Of a stretch of 30,738 nt of DNA, positions 7,828 through 18,487 are shown piece after piece. The position numbers and the translations under genes were made by a program. Position 1 is the first letter of the stretch. Every line of letters starts with the position of its first letter. Source of the DNA: Gaiellaceae bacterium (lineage in GTDB: Bacteria > Actinomycetota > Thermoleophilia > Gaiellales > Gaiellaceae); contig JBPCJB010000125.1 in assembly GCA_051005735.1 (NCBI GenBank), forward strand, positions 1 through 30,738. Reading direction: 5' to 3'. Below the pieces are notes generated by a model that searched no databases, was not told the origin of the DNA, and worked only from the letters and a program-made list of their open reading frames with translations.

Positions 7828-8754
7828 TCACCCGGCGAGCTGGCGGCGACGCTGCATGTCCGTGGTCGGCGTGTTCACCTTCCAGACGAGCCCGAGGCGA
7901 CGCAGCAGCCGGATCACGAGACCGCCGATGTCGAGCTCCCAGGGCTTGAGGCCGTGGAACGCCGACGACGGGAACGCGTGGTGGTTGTGGTGCCACGATT
8001 CGCCGAACGAGATCCACGAGAGCCACCAGACGTTGCGCGACTCGTCCTTCACCTGGAAGCGCCGCGACCCGATGAAGTGGCAGACGGAATTGACCGACCA
8101 CGTGATGTGGTGGAGCAGGAAGATCCGGATCAGGCCGCCCCAGAACATGGCCTGGAGACCGGCGCCGAGCGTGCCGCCCCAGATCCAACCGGCCACGAAC
8201 GGGAGCACGAGTGAGGCCGCGACCCACGCCGGGAACCAACGCGAGATGAAGACCATCCCGCGGTCGGCCAACATGTCTTTCGCGTACTTCGTCCACTCAG
8301 CCCGGCCGACGTTGCGGAAGAGCCAGCCGACGTGCGCGTGCCAGAGCCCCGCGAGCTTGCCCCGGAGGCCGGGTGCGAAGCCGGCGTGCGGTGAGTGCGG
8401 ATCCCCCTCGCGGTCGGCGAAGTTGTGGTGCTTGCGGTGATCGGAAACCCAGCGAATCACCGGTCCCTGCACGGCCATCGAGCCGAGCACGGCGAGCCCG
8501 TAGCGGATCGCCCGGTACGTCTCGTAGGAGCGGTGCGTGAAGAGTCGGTGAAAGCCGATCGAGATCCCGAGCGTCGTCAGCGCGTAGCCGACCGCGAAGA
8601 TGATCAGGTCGCGCCAGGTCACGTAGCTGCCCCAGAGAAGGAAGATCGAGGCCAGGAAGCCGACGAAGGGGAGCGTGACGCCGAGGAGGTTGGTGATCTT
8701 CTGGCCCCGGGTCATGTGCAGCTCGGCCGGGGTCTCGGCGGTGATCTCGCTCAC
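7828..8754 (-). CDS. Membrane acyl-CoA (delta-9-type) fatty acid desaturase
   Basis: 308 aa with three His boxes (HRLFTH, HRKHH, HHNHH), hydrophobic segments and NSVCH. Confidence 0.93.
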   Translation of the reverse strand: MSEITAETPAELHMTRGQKITNLLGVTLPFVGFLASIFLLWGSYVTWRDLIIFAVGYALTTLGISIGFHRLFTHRSYETYRAIRYGLAVLGSMAVQGPVIRWVSDHRKHHNFADREGDPHSPHAGFAPGLRGKLAGLWHAHVGWLFRNVGRAEWTKYAKDMLADRGMVFISRWFPAWVAASLVLPFVAGWIWGGTLGAGLQAMFWGGLIRIFLLHHITWSVNSVCHFIGSRRFQVKDESRNVWWLSWISFGESWHHNHHAFPSSAFHGLKPWELDIGGLVIRLLRRLGLVWKVNTPTTDMQRRRQLAG

Positions 8755-8819
8755 TGAAGGAGGAGAGTAGCCGCCCTTCGTTGCCTCTGTAAGGCGGCGA
8801 CCATAAGGTACGCCGACGC

Positions 8820-9564
8820 ATGGCCCTCCTCTCGCTGCGGAACGTCACCCGCCGCTTCGGCGGCATCGTCGCCCTCGACGGTGTCACCTTCGACGTGGGC
8901 GAGGGCCAGATCGTCGGGCTGATCGGTCCGAACGGCGCCGGCAAGACGACAGCCTTCAACGTGATCACCCGCCTCTACACCCCGAACGAGGGCGAGGTCG
9001 AGTTCGCCGGGGAGAGCCTCCTGAAGGCGCCGGCACACGGAATCGTCCGCCGCGGAATCGCTCGCACCTTTCAGAACGTGGAGCTCTTCCGGACGATGTC
9101 CGCGCTCGAGAACGTGCTCGTCGGGGCGCACACGCGCGGCCGCGAGACCGAGCAGCAGGCGCTCGAGGCGCTCGACTACGTCGGGCTCGCGGCGATCGCC
9201 CGCCGGCCCGTCGCCGGTCTTCCCTTCGGAACGTTGAAGCGCGTCGAGCTGGCCCGTGCCCTCGTCGCCCAGCCGAGGCTCCTGCTCCTCGACGAGCCGG
9301 CCGGCGGGCTGAACCACGAGGAGGTCGAGGAGCTCGGCCGCTTCATCCGTCAGATCCGGGATGACCGCGAGCTGACGGTGCTGCTCGTCGAGCATCACAT
9401 GAACCTCGTGATGGGGATCTCCGACCACGTCCACGTGCTCAACTTCGGCCGTCAGATCGCCGGCGGCACACCGGGCGAGGTGCGTACGAACCCGGCCGTG
9501 ATCGAGGCCTACCTCGGGACCGACGACGAGCATGCGCCGAAGCGGAACGGCGCGAAGGCCACCG

Positions 9565-9578
<14 letters not shown>
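8820..9578 (+). CDS. livG: LIV-family ABC transporter ATP-binding protein
   Basis: Walker A GPNGAGKT, GIARTFQN, LLLLDEP and LVEHHM. Confidence 0.92.
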
Positions 9579-10269
<691 letters not shown>

Positions 10270-10277
10270 GCGGAACG

Positions 10278-11162
10278 TTGGCGGCCTTCTTCCAGCAGAT
10301 CGTCGCCGGCCTCGCCACGGGAGCCATCTACGCGGCGCTCGCGCTCGCGCTCGTCCTGATCCACCGCGCCACAGGAGTGATCAACTTCGCGCAGGGGGAG
10401 ATGGCGATGTTCACGACCTACATCGCCTGGACGCTGACCGCGAACCACGGTTGGTCGTACTGGCCCGCGTTCGCCGTCACGCTCCTCTTCGCGTTCACGC
10501 TCGGGTTGGGGCTCCAGCGGATCGTGATCCGGCCGATCGAGCGCGGCCCGATCCTGACGACGGTGATCGTCACGATCGGGCTCGTGCTCATCTTCAACGG
10601 GGCGGCGGGCTGGATCTGGTCGGCCGAGGTGCGGGCGTTCCCGAGCCCGTTCCCGAACGACACGTGGACGATCGGGGGGGTCGCGATCTCGGTTCAGGAC
10701 GTCGGCACGTTCGGCGTCGTCGTCGTGCTCGTGCTCCTCCTCGCAGCGTTCTTCCGCTTCACGAAGATCGGCCTCGCCCTGCGCGCGTCGGCGCTGAATC
10801 CAGAGGCGAGCCGGCTCGTGGGGGTGCGCGTCGGCTGGATGCTCGGGATCGGTTGGGGACTCGCCGCCGTGCTCGGAGCGGTCGCGGGGATGCTTGCCGC
10901 CCCGACCATCTTCCTCGACCCGAACCTCATGCAGGCGATCCTGATCTACTCCTTCGCGGCCGCGGTGCTCGGCGGGATCGACTCGCCGCTCGGCGCGGTC
11001 GCGGGCGGGCTCCTGCTCGGCGTCGGCCTCAACTTGATCGGCGCGTACGTGGACTTCGTCGGCGCCGACCTGCGCCTGCCGGTGGCGCTCCTGATCATCC
11101 TGGTCGTTCTGCTCGTGCGTCCGGCAGGGCTCTTCGGGAAGCCCGTGACGAGGCGCGTATGA
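10278..11162 (+). CDS. livH: LIV-family ABC transporter permease
   Basis: Hydrophobic 294 aa (TTG start) with TGVINFAQGE, GLALRASALNPEASRLVG and AAVLGGIDS. Confidence 0.9.
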   Translation: MAAFFQQIVAGLATGAIYAALALALVLIHRATGVINFAQGEMAMFTTYIAWTLTANHGWSYWPAFAVTLLFAFTLGLGLQRIVIRPIERGPILTTVIVTIGLVLIFNGAAGWIWSAEVRAFPSPFPNDTWTIGGVAISVQDVGTFGVVVVLVLLLAAFFRFTKIGLALRASALNPEASRLVGVRVGWMLGIGWGLAAVLGAVAGMLAAPTIFLDPNLMQAILIYSFAAAVLGGIDSPLGAVAGGLLLGVGLNLIGAYVDFVGADLRLPVALLIILVVLLVRPAGLFGKPVTRRV

Positions 11163-12289
11163 GCCTCCCGACCCTGAGACGAGGCGAGCTCGCACGGGTG
11201 GCGCTCTTCCTGCTCGCAGCAGCGGCCGTCCTGCTCCTGCCGCGCCTGATCAGCGATTTTCGCGCCCAGCAGTACGCCTACGTCGGGATCTACCTGATCG
11301 CGCTACTCGGCCTCAACGTCCTCACCGGCTTCACCGGCCAGATCTCGCTCGGGCACGGCGCCTTCATGGCGATCGGCGGCTACACGACCGCGATCCTGAT
11401 CTCGGACTCGGATCCCGCGCTGAAGCTCGGGTCGCACGTCTTCTCGAACGACATGAAGGACCTCTGGACGATCCCGCTCGCCGGCCTCGTCGCGGGGCTC
11501 GTCGGCTTCCTCTTCGGCTTCCCCGCCTTGCGGCTGACCGGCCTCTACCTCGCGCTCGCGACGTTCGCGGTCGCCGTCGCGACGCCGGCGGTGATCAAGA
11601 AGTTCGAGGGCTTCACCGGCGGCGGCGGTGGGATCCAGCTCTTCGGCCTGGAGGGGCTGACGGCGACGCCGAAGACCGATCCGATCACGTTCGAGTCGAC
11701 CGAGGGGGCGACCGTCCTCGGGTTCGAGATTACGACGTTCAACGACTGGCTCTACTACCTGAGCTGGGCGATCGCGATCGTGATGTTCGCCATCGCCTGG
11801 GCGCTCCTGCGCGGGCGGATGGGACGGGCGTTCCGGGCCGTGCGGGACAGCGAGCTCGCCGCGGCCTCCTCGGGCGTCAACCTCGCGCGCTACAAGACGC
11901 TCGCGTTCGGGATCAGCGCGTTCTATGCGGGCGTCGCCGGCTCGTTGCTCGCGATTGCGACGACGTTCGTCAATCCCGACACCTTCCCGATCACGCTCTC
12001 GATCTTCCTCCTCGTGGGGGTGGTCGTCGGCGGCCTCGGCTCGCTCTGGCCGCTCGTGCTCGGCGCCGTCTTCATCCAGTTCCTGCCGCTCTGGGCGCAG
12101 CAACTGAACGGACCGCTCCCCGATTCGCTCGGGCCGCTCAGCGTGCCCAACTTCCAGGCGCCGGGCGCGCCGGCCGTCGTCTACGGCGTGATCCTGATCC
12201 TCGTCATGCTGGCCTTCCCGGGCGGCGCGGCAGGGCTCGTGCGCAGGGTCCAGTCGCTGGCGACTCGCGGCTACCATCGCGGTCGCTAG
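11159..12289 (+). CDS. livM: LIV-family ABC transporter permease
   Basis: The ATG at 11159 overlaps the livH stop. Contains GFTGQISLGHGAF, LRLTGLYLALAT, GRAFRAVRDSELAA and GVVVGG. Confidence 0.9.
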   Translation: MSLPTLRRGELARVALFLLAAAAVLLLPRLISDFRAQQYAYVGIYLIALLGLNVLTGFTGQISLGHGAFMAIGGYTTAILISDSDPALKLGSHVFSNDMKDLWTIPLAGLVAGLVGFLFGFPALRLTGLYLALATFAVAVATPAVIKKFEGFTGGGGGIQLFGLEGLTATPKTDPITFESTEGATVLGFEITTFNDWLYYLSWAIAIVMFAIAWALLRGRMGRAFRAVRDSELAAASSGVNLARYKTLAFGISAFYAGVAGSLLAIATTFVNPDTFPITLSIFLLVGVVVGGLGSLWPLVLGAVFIQFLPLWAQQLNGPLPDSLGPLSVPNFQAPGAPAVVYGVILILVMLAFPGGAAGLVRRVQSLATRGYHRGR

Positions 12290-12313
12290 CCGACCAAGGA
12301 GCCCCTGCCGCCG

Positions 12314-13537
12314 ATGCGTCGTCCCAAGCTCGTTCTCTCCATGCTCATGCTCGCCGGAGCGATCGCGACCGGCGCGACCGCAGCCTCCGGCGCCGATCCG
12401 GGCATCTCCACGAAAACGATCCTGCTCGGCGGCACCTCGCCGCTCTCCGGCCCGGCCTCCGCCTACGCCTCGGTCGCGCGCGGCGCCGATGCCTACTTCA
12501 AGCACGTGAACGCGCGCGGCGGCGTCAACGGCCGGAGGATCGCCTACAAGTACGTCGACGACGCCTACAACCCGGCGCAGACGATCCAGGCGACCCGTCA
12601 GCTCGTGGAGCAGGACAAGGTCTTCGCCATCTTCAACTCGCTCGGAACCGAGCAGAACGTGGCGACGCGCGACTACCTGAACCAACTCCGGGTGCCGCAG
12701 CTCTTCGTCGCCTCCGGCGCGACCACGTTCGGGCGCGACCACAAGCGCTATCCCTACACGATCGGCTTCCAGCCGAGCTACCAGGCGGAAGGCTGGATCT
12801 ACGGCACCTATCTCGCGCGCACGAAGCCCGGCGCGAAGATCGCTGTCCTCTTCCAGAACGACGACTACGGCAAGGACCTGATGACCGGGCTGCGGCAGGG
12901 GATCGCGCGCTCGAAGGTGAGGATCGTCGCCGCCGAGGGCTACGAGGTGACGGCGACCGACGTCCAGTCGCAGATCGCGAAGCTGAAGGCCTCGGGCGCC
13001 ACGACGCTCGCGCTCTTCGCGACGCCGAAGTTCGCGATCCAGGGCTACGTGTTCGCAAACCGGCTCGGCTGGCGGCCGCTCGTCCTCAACAACGCCGTCT
13101 CGAGCGCTTCGAACATCATGACGCTCGCCTCCGAGGGGAACACGAATCGAACCGTGGAGAACTCGGTCTCGATCGTCTTCCTCAAGGATCCGACCGATCC
13201 GAAGTGGCGGAACGATTCCGCGATGAGGCTCTACCGCTCGATCATGGGCAGGTACGCGCGTGGCGCGAACGTTAGGGACGTCTACCACGTCTATGGAATG
13301 GCGGTCGCGCACGAGACCGCGCGGGTGCTGAGGGCGACGGGCAAGAACCCGACCCGGGCGGCGCTCCTCGCGCAGCTGCGGAAGCTGAACGACGCGTCGA
13401 ACCCCTTCCTGCTGCCCGGAATCGCGATCAAGACGAGCGGGACCGAGCGCTTCCCGATCGAGCAGGCGCTCCTCCAGCGGTGGTCAAAGGGCTCGTGGCA
13501 GAGCTTCGGCGGCCTCTGGGGCTACCGCGCCGGTTGA
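12314..13537 (+). CDS. livK: LIV-family ABC transporter substrate-binding protein (type 1 periplasmic binding fold)
   Basis: Signal peptide followed by PLSGPAS, VNARGGVNGRRI, DDAYNP and QNDDYG. AAGGAG lies upstream. The substrate cannot be determined from sequence. Confidence 0.88.
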   Translation: MRRPKLVLSMLMLAGAIATGATAASGADPGISTKTILLGGTSPLSGPASAYASVARGADAYFKHVNARGGVNGRRIAYKYVDDAYNPAQTIQATRQLVEQDKVFAIFNSLGTEQNVATRDYLNQLRVPQLFVASGATTFGRDHKRYPYTIGFQPSYQAEGWIYGTYLARTKPGAKIAVLFQNDDYGKDLMTGLRQGIARSKVRIVAAEGYEVTATDVQSQIAKLKASGATTLALFATPKFAIQGYVFANRLGWRPLVLNNAVSSASNIMTLASEGNTNRTVENSVSIVFLKDPTDPKWRNDSAMRLYRSIMGRYARGANVRDVYHVYGMAVAHETARVLRATGKNPTRAALLAQLRKLNDASNPFLLPGIAIKTSGTERFPIEQALLQRWSKGSWQSFGGLWGYRAG

Positions 13538-13608
13538 CGAACCCGTCTCCGGGGTCGAAGCCCGCGCGGCCTCGCGGCGCCCCAGGTGCCGTCTGCGAGG
13601 ATGGAGAC

Positions 13609-15966
13609 ATGTCACCGGCGGACCTCCTCGACGGGCCGCTCGACCAGCTGCTCGGCGCGGCCCGCGAGCGTCGCCGCGGTGACGGCCTCGTCACGTACTC
13701 GCCCAAGGTTTTCGTCCCGCTGACGACGCTTTGCCGCGACGTTTGCGGCTACTGCACCTTCGCGCGGCCGCCGCGGCGTGGCGAGCGGGCGTACCTGACC
13801 GAGGAAGAGGTGCTCGCGATCGCGCGGGCGGGCGCGGCGGCCGGTTGCACCGAGGCGCTCTTCACGCTCGGCGACAAGCCCGAGCTCCGCTACAAGGTCG
13901 CGCGCGAGGAGCTCCGCGCGCTCGGTTGCGCCACCACGATCGAGTACCTCGCGCGCGTGGCCAAGCTCGTGCTCGACGAGACGGGACTGCTCCCGCACCT
14001 GAACCCCGGCGTGATGACGCGCGCCGGGCTCGAGCTCCTGCGCCCGGTCTCCGCGTCGATGGGGATCATGCTCGAGACGACCGCCGAACGGCTCGGCGAG
14101 CGCGGCGGGCCGCACTGGGCCTCCCCGGACAAGCTGCCCGCGCGCCGGCTCGAGACGATCGAGCTTGCCGGCGAGCTCAGGATCCCCTTCACGAGCGGGA
14201 TCCTGATCGGGATCGGCGAAACGCGCGCGGAGCGGCTGGAAGCGCTCGGGGCCCTCGCCGAGCTGCACCGCCGCCACGGCCACCTCCAGGAGGTGATCGT
14301 CCAGAACTTCCGCGCCAAGCCGGGAACGCGGATGGCCGATCAGCCCGAGCCGTCGCTCGACGATCACCTCTGGACGATCGCGGCGGCGCGGCTCTTGCTC
14401 CCCGAAGACGTCTCGGTGCCGGCGCCGCCGAACCTCGCCTACGACGATTTCCCGCGCCTCCTCGATGCCGGAATCGACGACTGGGGCGGCGTCTCGCCGG
14501 TGACGATCGACCACGTCAATCCCGAGGCGCCCTGGCCGGAGCGGGACCGGCTCGCTGCGGCGACGCGCTCGCGCGGGCTCGAGCTCGCCCCGCGCCTGCC
14601 CGTCTACCCCGGCCACCTCAGCGCCGACTGGCTGGCGCCGCGCATCCTCACGCAGGCGCTCCGCAGCTCGGACTCGCTCGGGCTCGCCCGCGAGGACGGC
14701 TGGCATCCCGGCGAGCGCGGCCCGGTTCCGTTCACGATCGCGCGGGCTGCGCTCCCGCTCGGCACATCGGCCGAGCTGGGGGAGGAGGAGCTCGTGCGGC
14801 TCTTCCGCGCCCGCGGCGAGGAGCGGCAGCGCGTCTTCGCCGCCGCCGATCGGCTCCGGCGCGAGGTCTGCGGCGACGAGGTCAGCTACGTCGTCACCCG
14901 GAACATCCAGTACACGAACGTCTGCTACTTCCGCTGCGGCTTCTGCGCCTTCTCAAAGGGAAAGCTCGCGGCCAACCTGCGCGGCGCCCCCTATCTCGTC
15001 CCGCTCGACGAGATCGTCCGCCGCTGCCGCGAGGCCTGGGCGCGAGGCGCGACCGAGGTCTGCCTCCAGGGGGGGATCCATCCGGCCTTCACAGGCGACT
15101 ACTACGCCGAGGTCGTCGCCGCGATCCGGGCCGAGCTCCCGGATCTGCACATCCATGCCTTCTCGGCGCTCGAGCTCTGGCAGGGCGCCGCCACGCTCGC
15201 CGTCCCGCTCGAGGACTACCTCGAGCGCCTGCGCGGGCTCGGGCTCGGCTCGCTCCCGGGCACGGCCGCCGAGATCCTGGACGACGAGGTGCGCGCGCTC
15301 ATCTGCCCCGACAAGGTCTCGACCGCGCAGTGGCTCGCCGTCCACGAGGCGGCGCACCGGGTCGGCCTGCGCTCGAACGTGACGATCATGTTCGGGCACG
15401 TTGAGTCGCCGCGCCATTGGGCGCGACACCCGCTCAGGGCACGCGAGCAGCAGGAGCGCTCCGGCGGCTTCACCGAGCTCGTGCCGCTGCCGTTCGTGCA
15501 CATGGAGGCCCCGATCTGGCTGAAGGGAACGGCGCGCTCGGGGCCGACCTTCGGCGAGACGCTCCTCCTGCACGCCGTTGCGCGACTCGCTCTGCACCCG
15601 CACATCACGAACATCCAGGCGTCCTGGGTGAAGCTCGGGCCTGCCGGAGTTGCCGCTGCGCTCGCCGCGGGCGTCAACGATCTCGGCGGGACGCTGATGA
15701 ACGAGTCGATCTCGCGCTCGGCCGGCTCGGCGCACGGGCAGGAGATGTCTCCCGAGGAGATCGAGGCGCTGATCCGAGCGAGCGACCGGATCCCACGCCA
15801 GCGGACGACGCTCTACGAAGACGCACCGGCTGAGCGACGAGCCGCCTCGTTCGGCGCCCCGCCCCTCGCCGAGCCGCTCAACCCGCACGTTCGGGATGCC
15901 CGCCTGCAGGCGCCGCCGAGACTCGTCCGGCCCGGCCTCCTGGCGGGTGCGGCAAACCGGCGCTAA
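13609..15966 (+). CDS. fbiC: Bifunctional FO synthase (CofG-CofH fusion, two radical SAM domains) for coenzyme F420 biosynthesis
   Basis: Two CxxxCxxC motifs (CRDVCGYC, CYFRCGFC). The CofG half has LFTLGDKPE, PHLNPG and DDWGGVSP; the CofH half has EVCLQGGIHP, SLPGTAAEIL and NDLGGTLMNESISR. GGAG precedes ATG 13609. Confidence 0.93.
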   Translation: MSPADLLDGPLDQLLGAARERRRGDGLVTYSPKVFVPLTTLCRDVCGYCTFARPPRRGERAYLTEEEVLAIARAGAAAGCTEALFTLGDKPELRYKVAREELRALGCATTIEYLARVAKLVLDETGLLPHLNPGVMTRAGLELLRPVSASMGIMLETTAERLGERGGPHWASPDKLPARRLETIELAGELRIPFTSGILIGIGETRAERLEALGALAELHRRHGHLQEVIVQNFRAKPGTRMADQPEPSLDDHLWTIAAARLLLPEDVSVPAPPNLAYDDFPRLLDAGIDDWGGVSPVTIDHVNPEAPWPERDRLAAATRSRGLELAPRLPVYPGHLSADWLAPRILTQALRSSDSLGLAREDGWHPGERGPVPFTIARAALPLGTSAELGEEELVRLFRARGEERQRVFAAADRLRREVCGDEVSYVVTRNIQYTNVCYFRCGFCAFSKGKLAANLRGAPYLVPLDEIVRRCREAWARGATEVCLQGGIHPAFTGDYYAEVVAAIRAELPDLHIHAFSALELWQGAATLAVPLEDYLERLRGLGLGSLPGTAAEILDDEVRALICPDKVSTAQWLAVHEAAHRVGLRSNVTIMFGHVESPRHWARHPLRAREQQERSGGFTELVPLPFVHMEAPIWLKGTARSGPTFGETLLLHAVARLALHPHITNIQASWVKLGPAGVAAALAAGVNDLGGTLMNESISRSAGSAHGQEMSPEEIEALIRASDRIPRQRTTLYEDAPAERRAASFGAPPLAEPLNPHVRDARLQAPPRLVRPGLLAGAANRR

Positions 15967-16036
15967 GCTGAGAGCTTCGGCGGCGGAACGACAAGGGGGA
16001 GTGGCGATCGTGACGGACAACGGCTACAACGTGCGC

Positions 16037-18481
16037 GTGCGCGCCTACATTCTTCGACCCGTCTTGCGACTGGCCACGGTTCTGGTCGCGGTCGGCGTCC
16101 TGCTTTCGCTGCCCGCGTCGGGCGCGGATGCGGCGTTCCCCGGCACGAACGGGCTGGTCGCGTTCGAGCGCGGGAGCGACATCTACACGGTTACGACCGG
16201 AAGCACGCCGGTCGTCAGCTCGACGGCTCTTGTCGCGAATGCCTCGGATCCCTCCTGGTCGCCGAACGGCAACAAGCTCGCGTTCACCCAGAGCGGCTCG
16301 GTCAAGGTCCTAACCGTCGATGGCGGCGCGATCCAGACTCTCGACACCGGTTCTGCGCCGACTTGGTCGCCCGACGGGACGATGATCGCCTATGAGCGCT
16401 CGACCGATATCTACGTGATCTCCTCGAGCGGCGGCACCGGTCGCAACCTCTCGAACAGCGGCGGCTCCGCGGCGGACGACGACCCCGCGTGGTCGCCCGA
16501 CGGTGACTCGATCGCCTTCACGCGCACGACGACGAACGCGGACATCTACACGATGGACGCGCCGTCGGATCCGGCCACCGGCGGCGGCGGCAACCAGGCG
16601 CAGCTGACGACCGCGACGACGAACGAGACGCAGCCGTCGTACGACCCGGACGGTGGCCTGATCGCCTTCGCCTCGGATCGGATCGGCGCCGCGCAGCGGC
16701 AGATCTACACGATCTCGAGCTCGGGAGGCACCGAGACGCGGGTGTCGAGCTCGACCGCCGACGACTACGCTCCAGCGCACTCCCCCGACGGGACGAGGAT
16801 CGCATTCGCTCGCACCGGGGCCGGGATCTATACCATCGGCACGGGCGAGACGCCGCTCACCTCCGGCGGCGCCGATACGAATCCCGACTGGCAGCCTGCG
16901 GCGCCGACGAACACCACCCTGCCCGTGATCACCGGCAACTTCTCCGACGGCGGGACAATGTTCGCCTCGACCGGCACGTTCGCGTCAGCTTCGAGCTATG
17001 CCTATCGCTGGCTGCGCTGCGACGAGGACGGCGAGGACTGCGAGGAGATCACTGGCGCCGACTCGTCCACCTATCGTGGCGCGAGTCAGGACGTCGGCAA
17101 GCGGCTGCGCGTCCGCGTCACGGCGACGAGCAGCAGCGGCTCGAGCACGGCGACGTCCGATCCGACGCCGCTGATCGCCGGCCCCGAGCCCCAGAACGTG
17201 ACTCCGCCGAAGGTGATCGTGCCCGGGACGACCGGCATTCCGATGGCCGGCGTCGCGCAGTCCTCCTCCGTCGGCTTCTGGACGGGCGAGGGCCCGATCA
17301 CCTACACCTATCAGTGGAAGAAGTGCCAGCCGAAGGACGGCCCCTGCTACCGGATCCTCGAGACGAGAGCGCAGTCTTCGACCTTCGTGCCGACGGCCGA
17401 CCTGGTGGGCTGGTCGCTCCGCGTGGAGGTCACAGCCACGAACTCGGCCGGCTCCTCGACCGTGCAGTCCGAGTCGACGCCGCTCGTGATCGCAAACGCG
17501 CCTCTGAACCTCGTCCGCCCGAGGATCTCCATCTCGACCGCGAACCCGACGGTCGGGCAGGAGCTCACCGCCGACACCGGCAGCTTCACGGGCTTCGGGC
17601 TCAGCTTCACCTACCAGTGGCGGCGCTGCGATCCCCCGGGCACGCTCCCGAGCTGCGTGCCGATCCCGGGCGCGACGACGAGCCGCTACACGACCACCGA
17701 GGCCGACCTTGGAGTGACGCTGCGGGTCTACGTGACCGCGACCGGGCTCGGCGGCTCGACGACGCAGTTCAGCGACCACACCTTCCCGACGATTCCGGCG
17801 CCGCGGCTCGCGCCCTCGCTGACGACGGCGCCGCTGATCACCGGCGATGCGGCGCCCGGCGAGTCGCTCACGGCCACGCGAGGCGCGTGGTCCGGCTTCG
17901 CGCCGCTGCGCTACTCCTCGGCGTGGCAGCGCTGCGACGCGACCGTCACGGTCTGCCGCACGCGGGCCGTCAAGGGCCTCGTCTACAAGGTGACGGCGGC
18001 CGATCTCGGCTTCCGGATCCGCTTCATCGTCGTCGCCCGGAACTCGGTCGGGAACGCGCGCGCGAACTCCGATGCGACGGAGCCGGTCGTGCTCGGCCCG
18101 CGGAAGCCGAAGGGCCGGACGATCGTCGGCACCAATCGCTCCGAGTACATCGCGGGTGGGGGTGGGGACGACGTCCTGAGCGGCCGCGGGGGCAATGACA
18201 CGATCAGGGGTGGCGGAGGCGACGACCGGCTGAACGGCGGCGACGGCAACGATTACATCGACGGTGGCGCCGATGTCGATCGGATCGACGGTGGCGCGGG
18301 GAGCGACACGATTCTCGTCGCCGACGGCGAGATCGACACCGTCCAGTGCGGTGCCGGAAACGACCGCGTGATCGCCGATGCGTCCGACCTGCTCTCGGGC
18401 TGCGAGATGATCAGCTTCCCGCCGACGACACCGGTGCCCGGTCCGGAGCCGCCCGACCCGCCGGATCCGCCGACTCCATAG
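16037..18481 (+). CDS. Secreted multidomain protein: signal peptide, PD40/TolB-like beta-propeller, four Cys-paired Ig-like repeats, RTX Ca-binding repeats, Pro-rich tail
   Basis: Signal peptide ...LPASGADA/AFPG; repeated (P)xWSPDGxxIAF; four roughly 95-100 aa units with Y(Q/R)WxxC-x(4-7)-C...G..LR(V/F).V.A; GGxGxDxLx nonamers; PEPPDPPDPPTP end. The start codon is uncertain (GTG at 16001, 16031 or 16037). Confidence 0.85.
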   Translation: MRAYILRPVLRLATVLVAVGVLLSLPASGADAAFPGTNGLVAFERGSDIYTVTTGSTPVVSSTALVANASDPSWSPNGNKLAFTQSGSVKVLTVDGGAIQTLDTGSAPTWSPDGTMIAYERSTDIYVISSSGGTGRNLSNSGGSAADDDPAWSPDGDSIAFTRTTTNADIYTMDAPSDPATGGGGNQAQLTTATTNETQPSYDPDGGLIAFASDRIGAAQRQIYTISSSGGTETRVSSSTADDYAPAHSPDGTRIAFARTGAGIYTIGTGETPLTSGGADTNPDWQPAAPTNTTLPVITGNFSDGGTMFASTGTFASASSYAYRWLRCDEDGEDCEEITGADSSTYRGASQDVGKRLRVRVTATSSSGSSTATSDPTPLIAGPEPQNVTPPKVIVPGTTGIPMAGVAQSSSVGFWTGEGPITYTYQWKKCQPKDGPCYRILETRAQSSTFVPTADLVGWSLRVEVTATNSAGSSTVQSESTPLVIANAPLNLVRPRISISTANPTVGQELTADTGSFTGFGLSFTYQWRRCDPPGTLPSCVPIPGATTSRYTTTEADLGVTLRVYVTATGLGGSTTQFSDHTFPTIPAPRLAPSLTTAPLITGDAAPGESLTATRGAWSGFAPLRYSSAWQRCDATVTVCRTRAVKGLVYKVTAADLGFRIRFIVVARNSVGNARANSDATEPVVLGPRKPKGRTIVGTNRSEYIAGGGGDDVLSGRGGNDTIRGGGGDDRLNGGDGNDYIDGGADVDRIDGGAGSDTILVADGEIDTVQCGAGNDRVIADASDLLSGCEMISFPPTTPVPGPEPPDPPDPPTP

Positions 18482-18487
18482 CCCGCG

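Noticed and set aside
8757-8765. Perfect AAGGAGGAG Shine-Dalgarno suggesting a missed plus-strand small gene
   Set aside because: No start codon follows at a usable distance (next bases AGTAG). It lies between the desaturase -10 (TACTCT, minus strand) and its GTG.
13538-13608. SAM-I/IV riboswitch before fbiC, suggested by GAAGCCC, AGGTGCC and GATG fragments
   Set aside because: The core SAM-binding elements (AUC in P1, GCAACC in P3, the kink-turn/pseudoknot strands) are not present in the right order. It is kept only as an unassigned structured leader.
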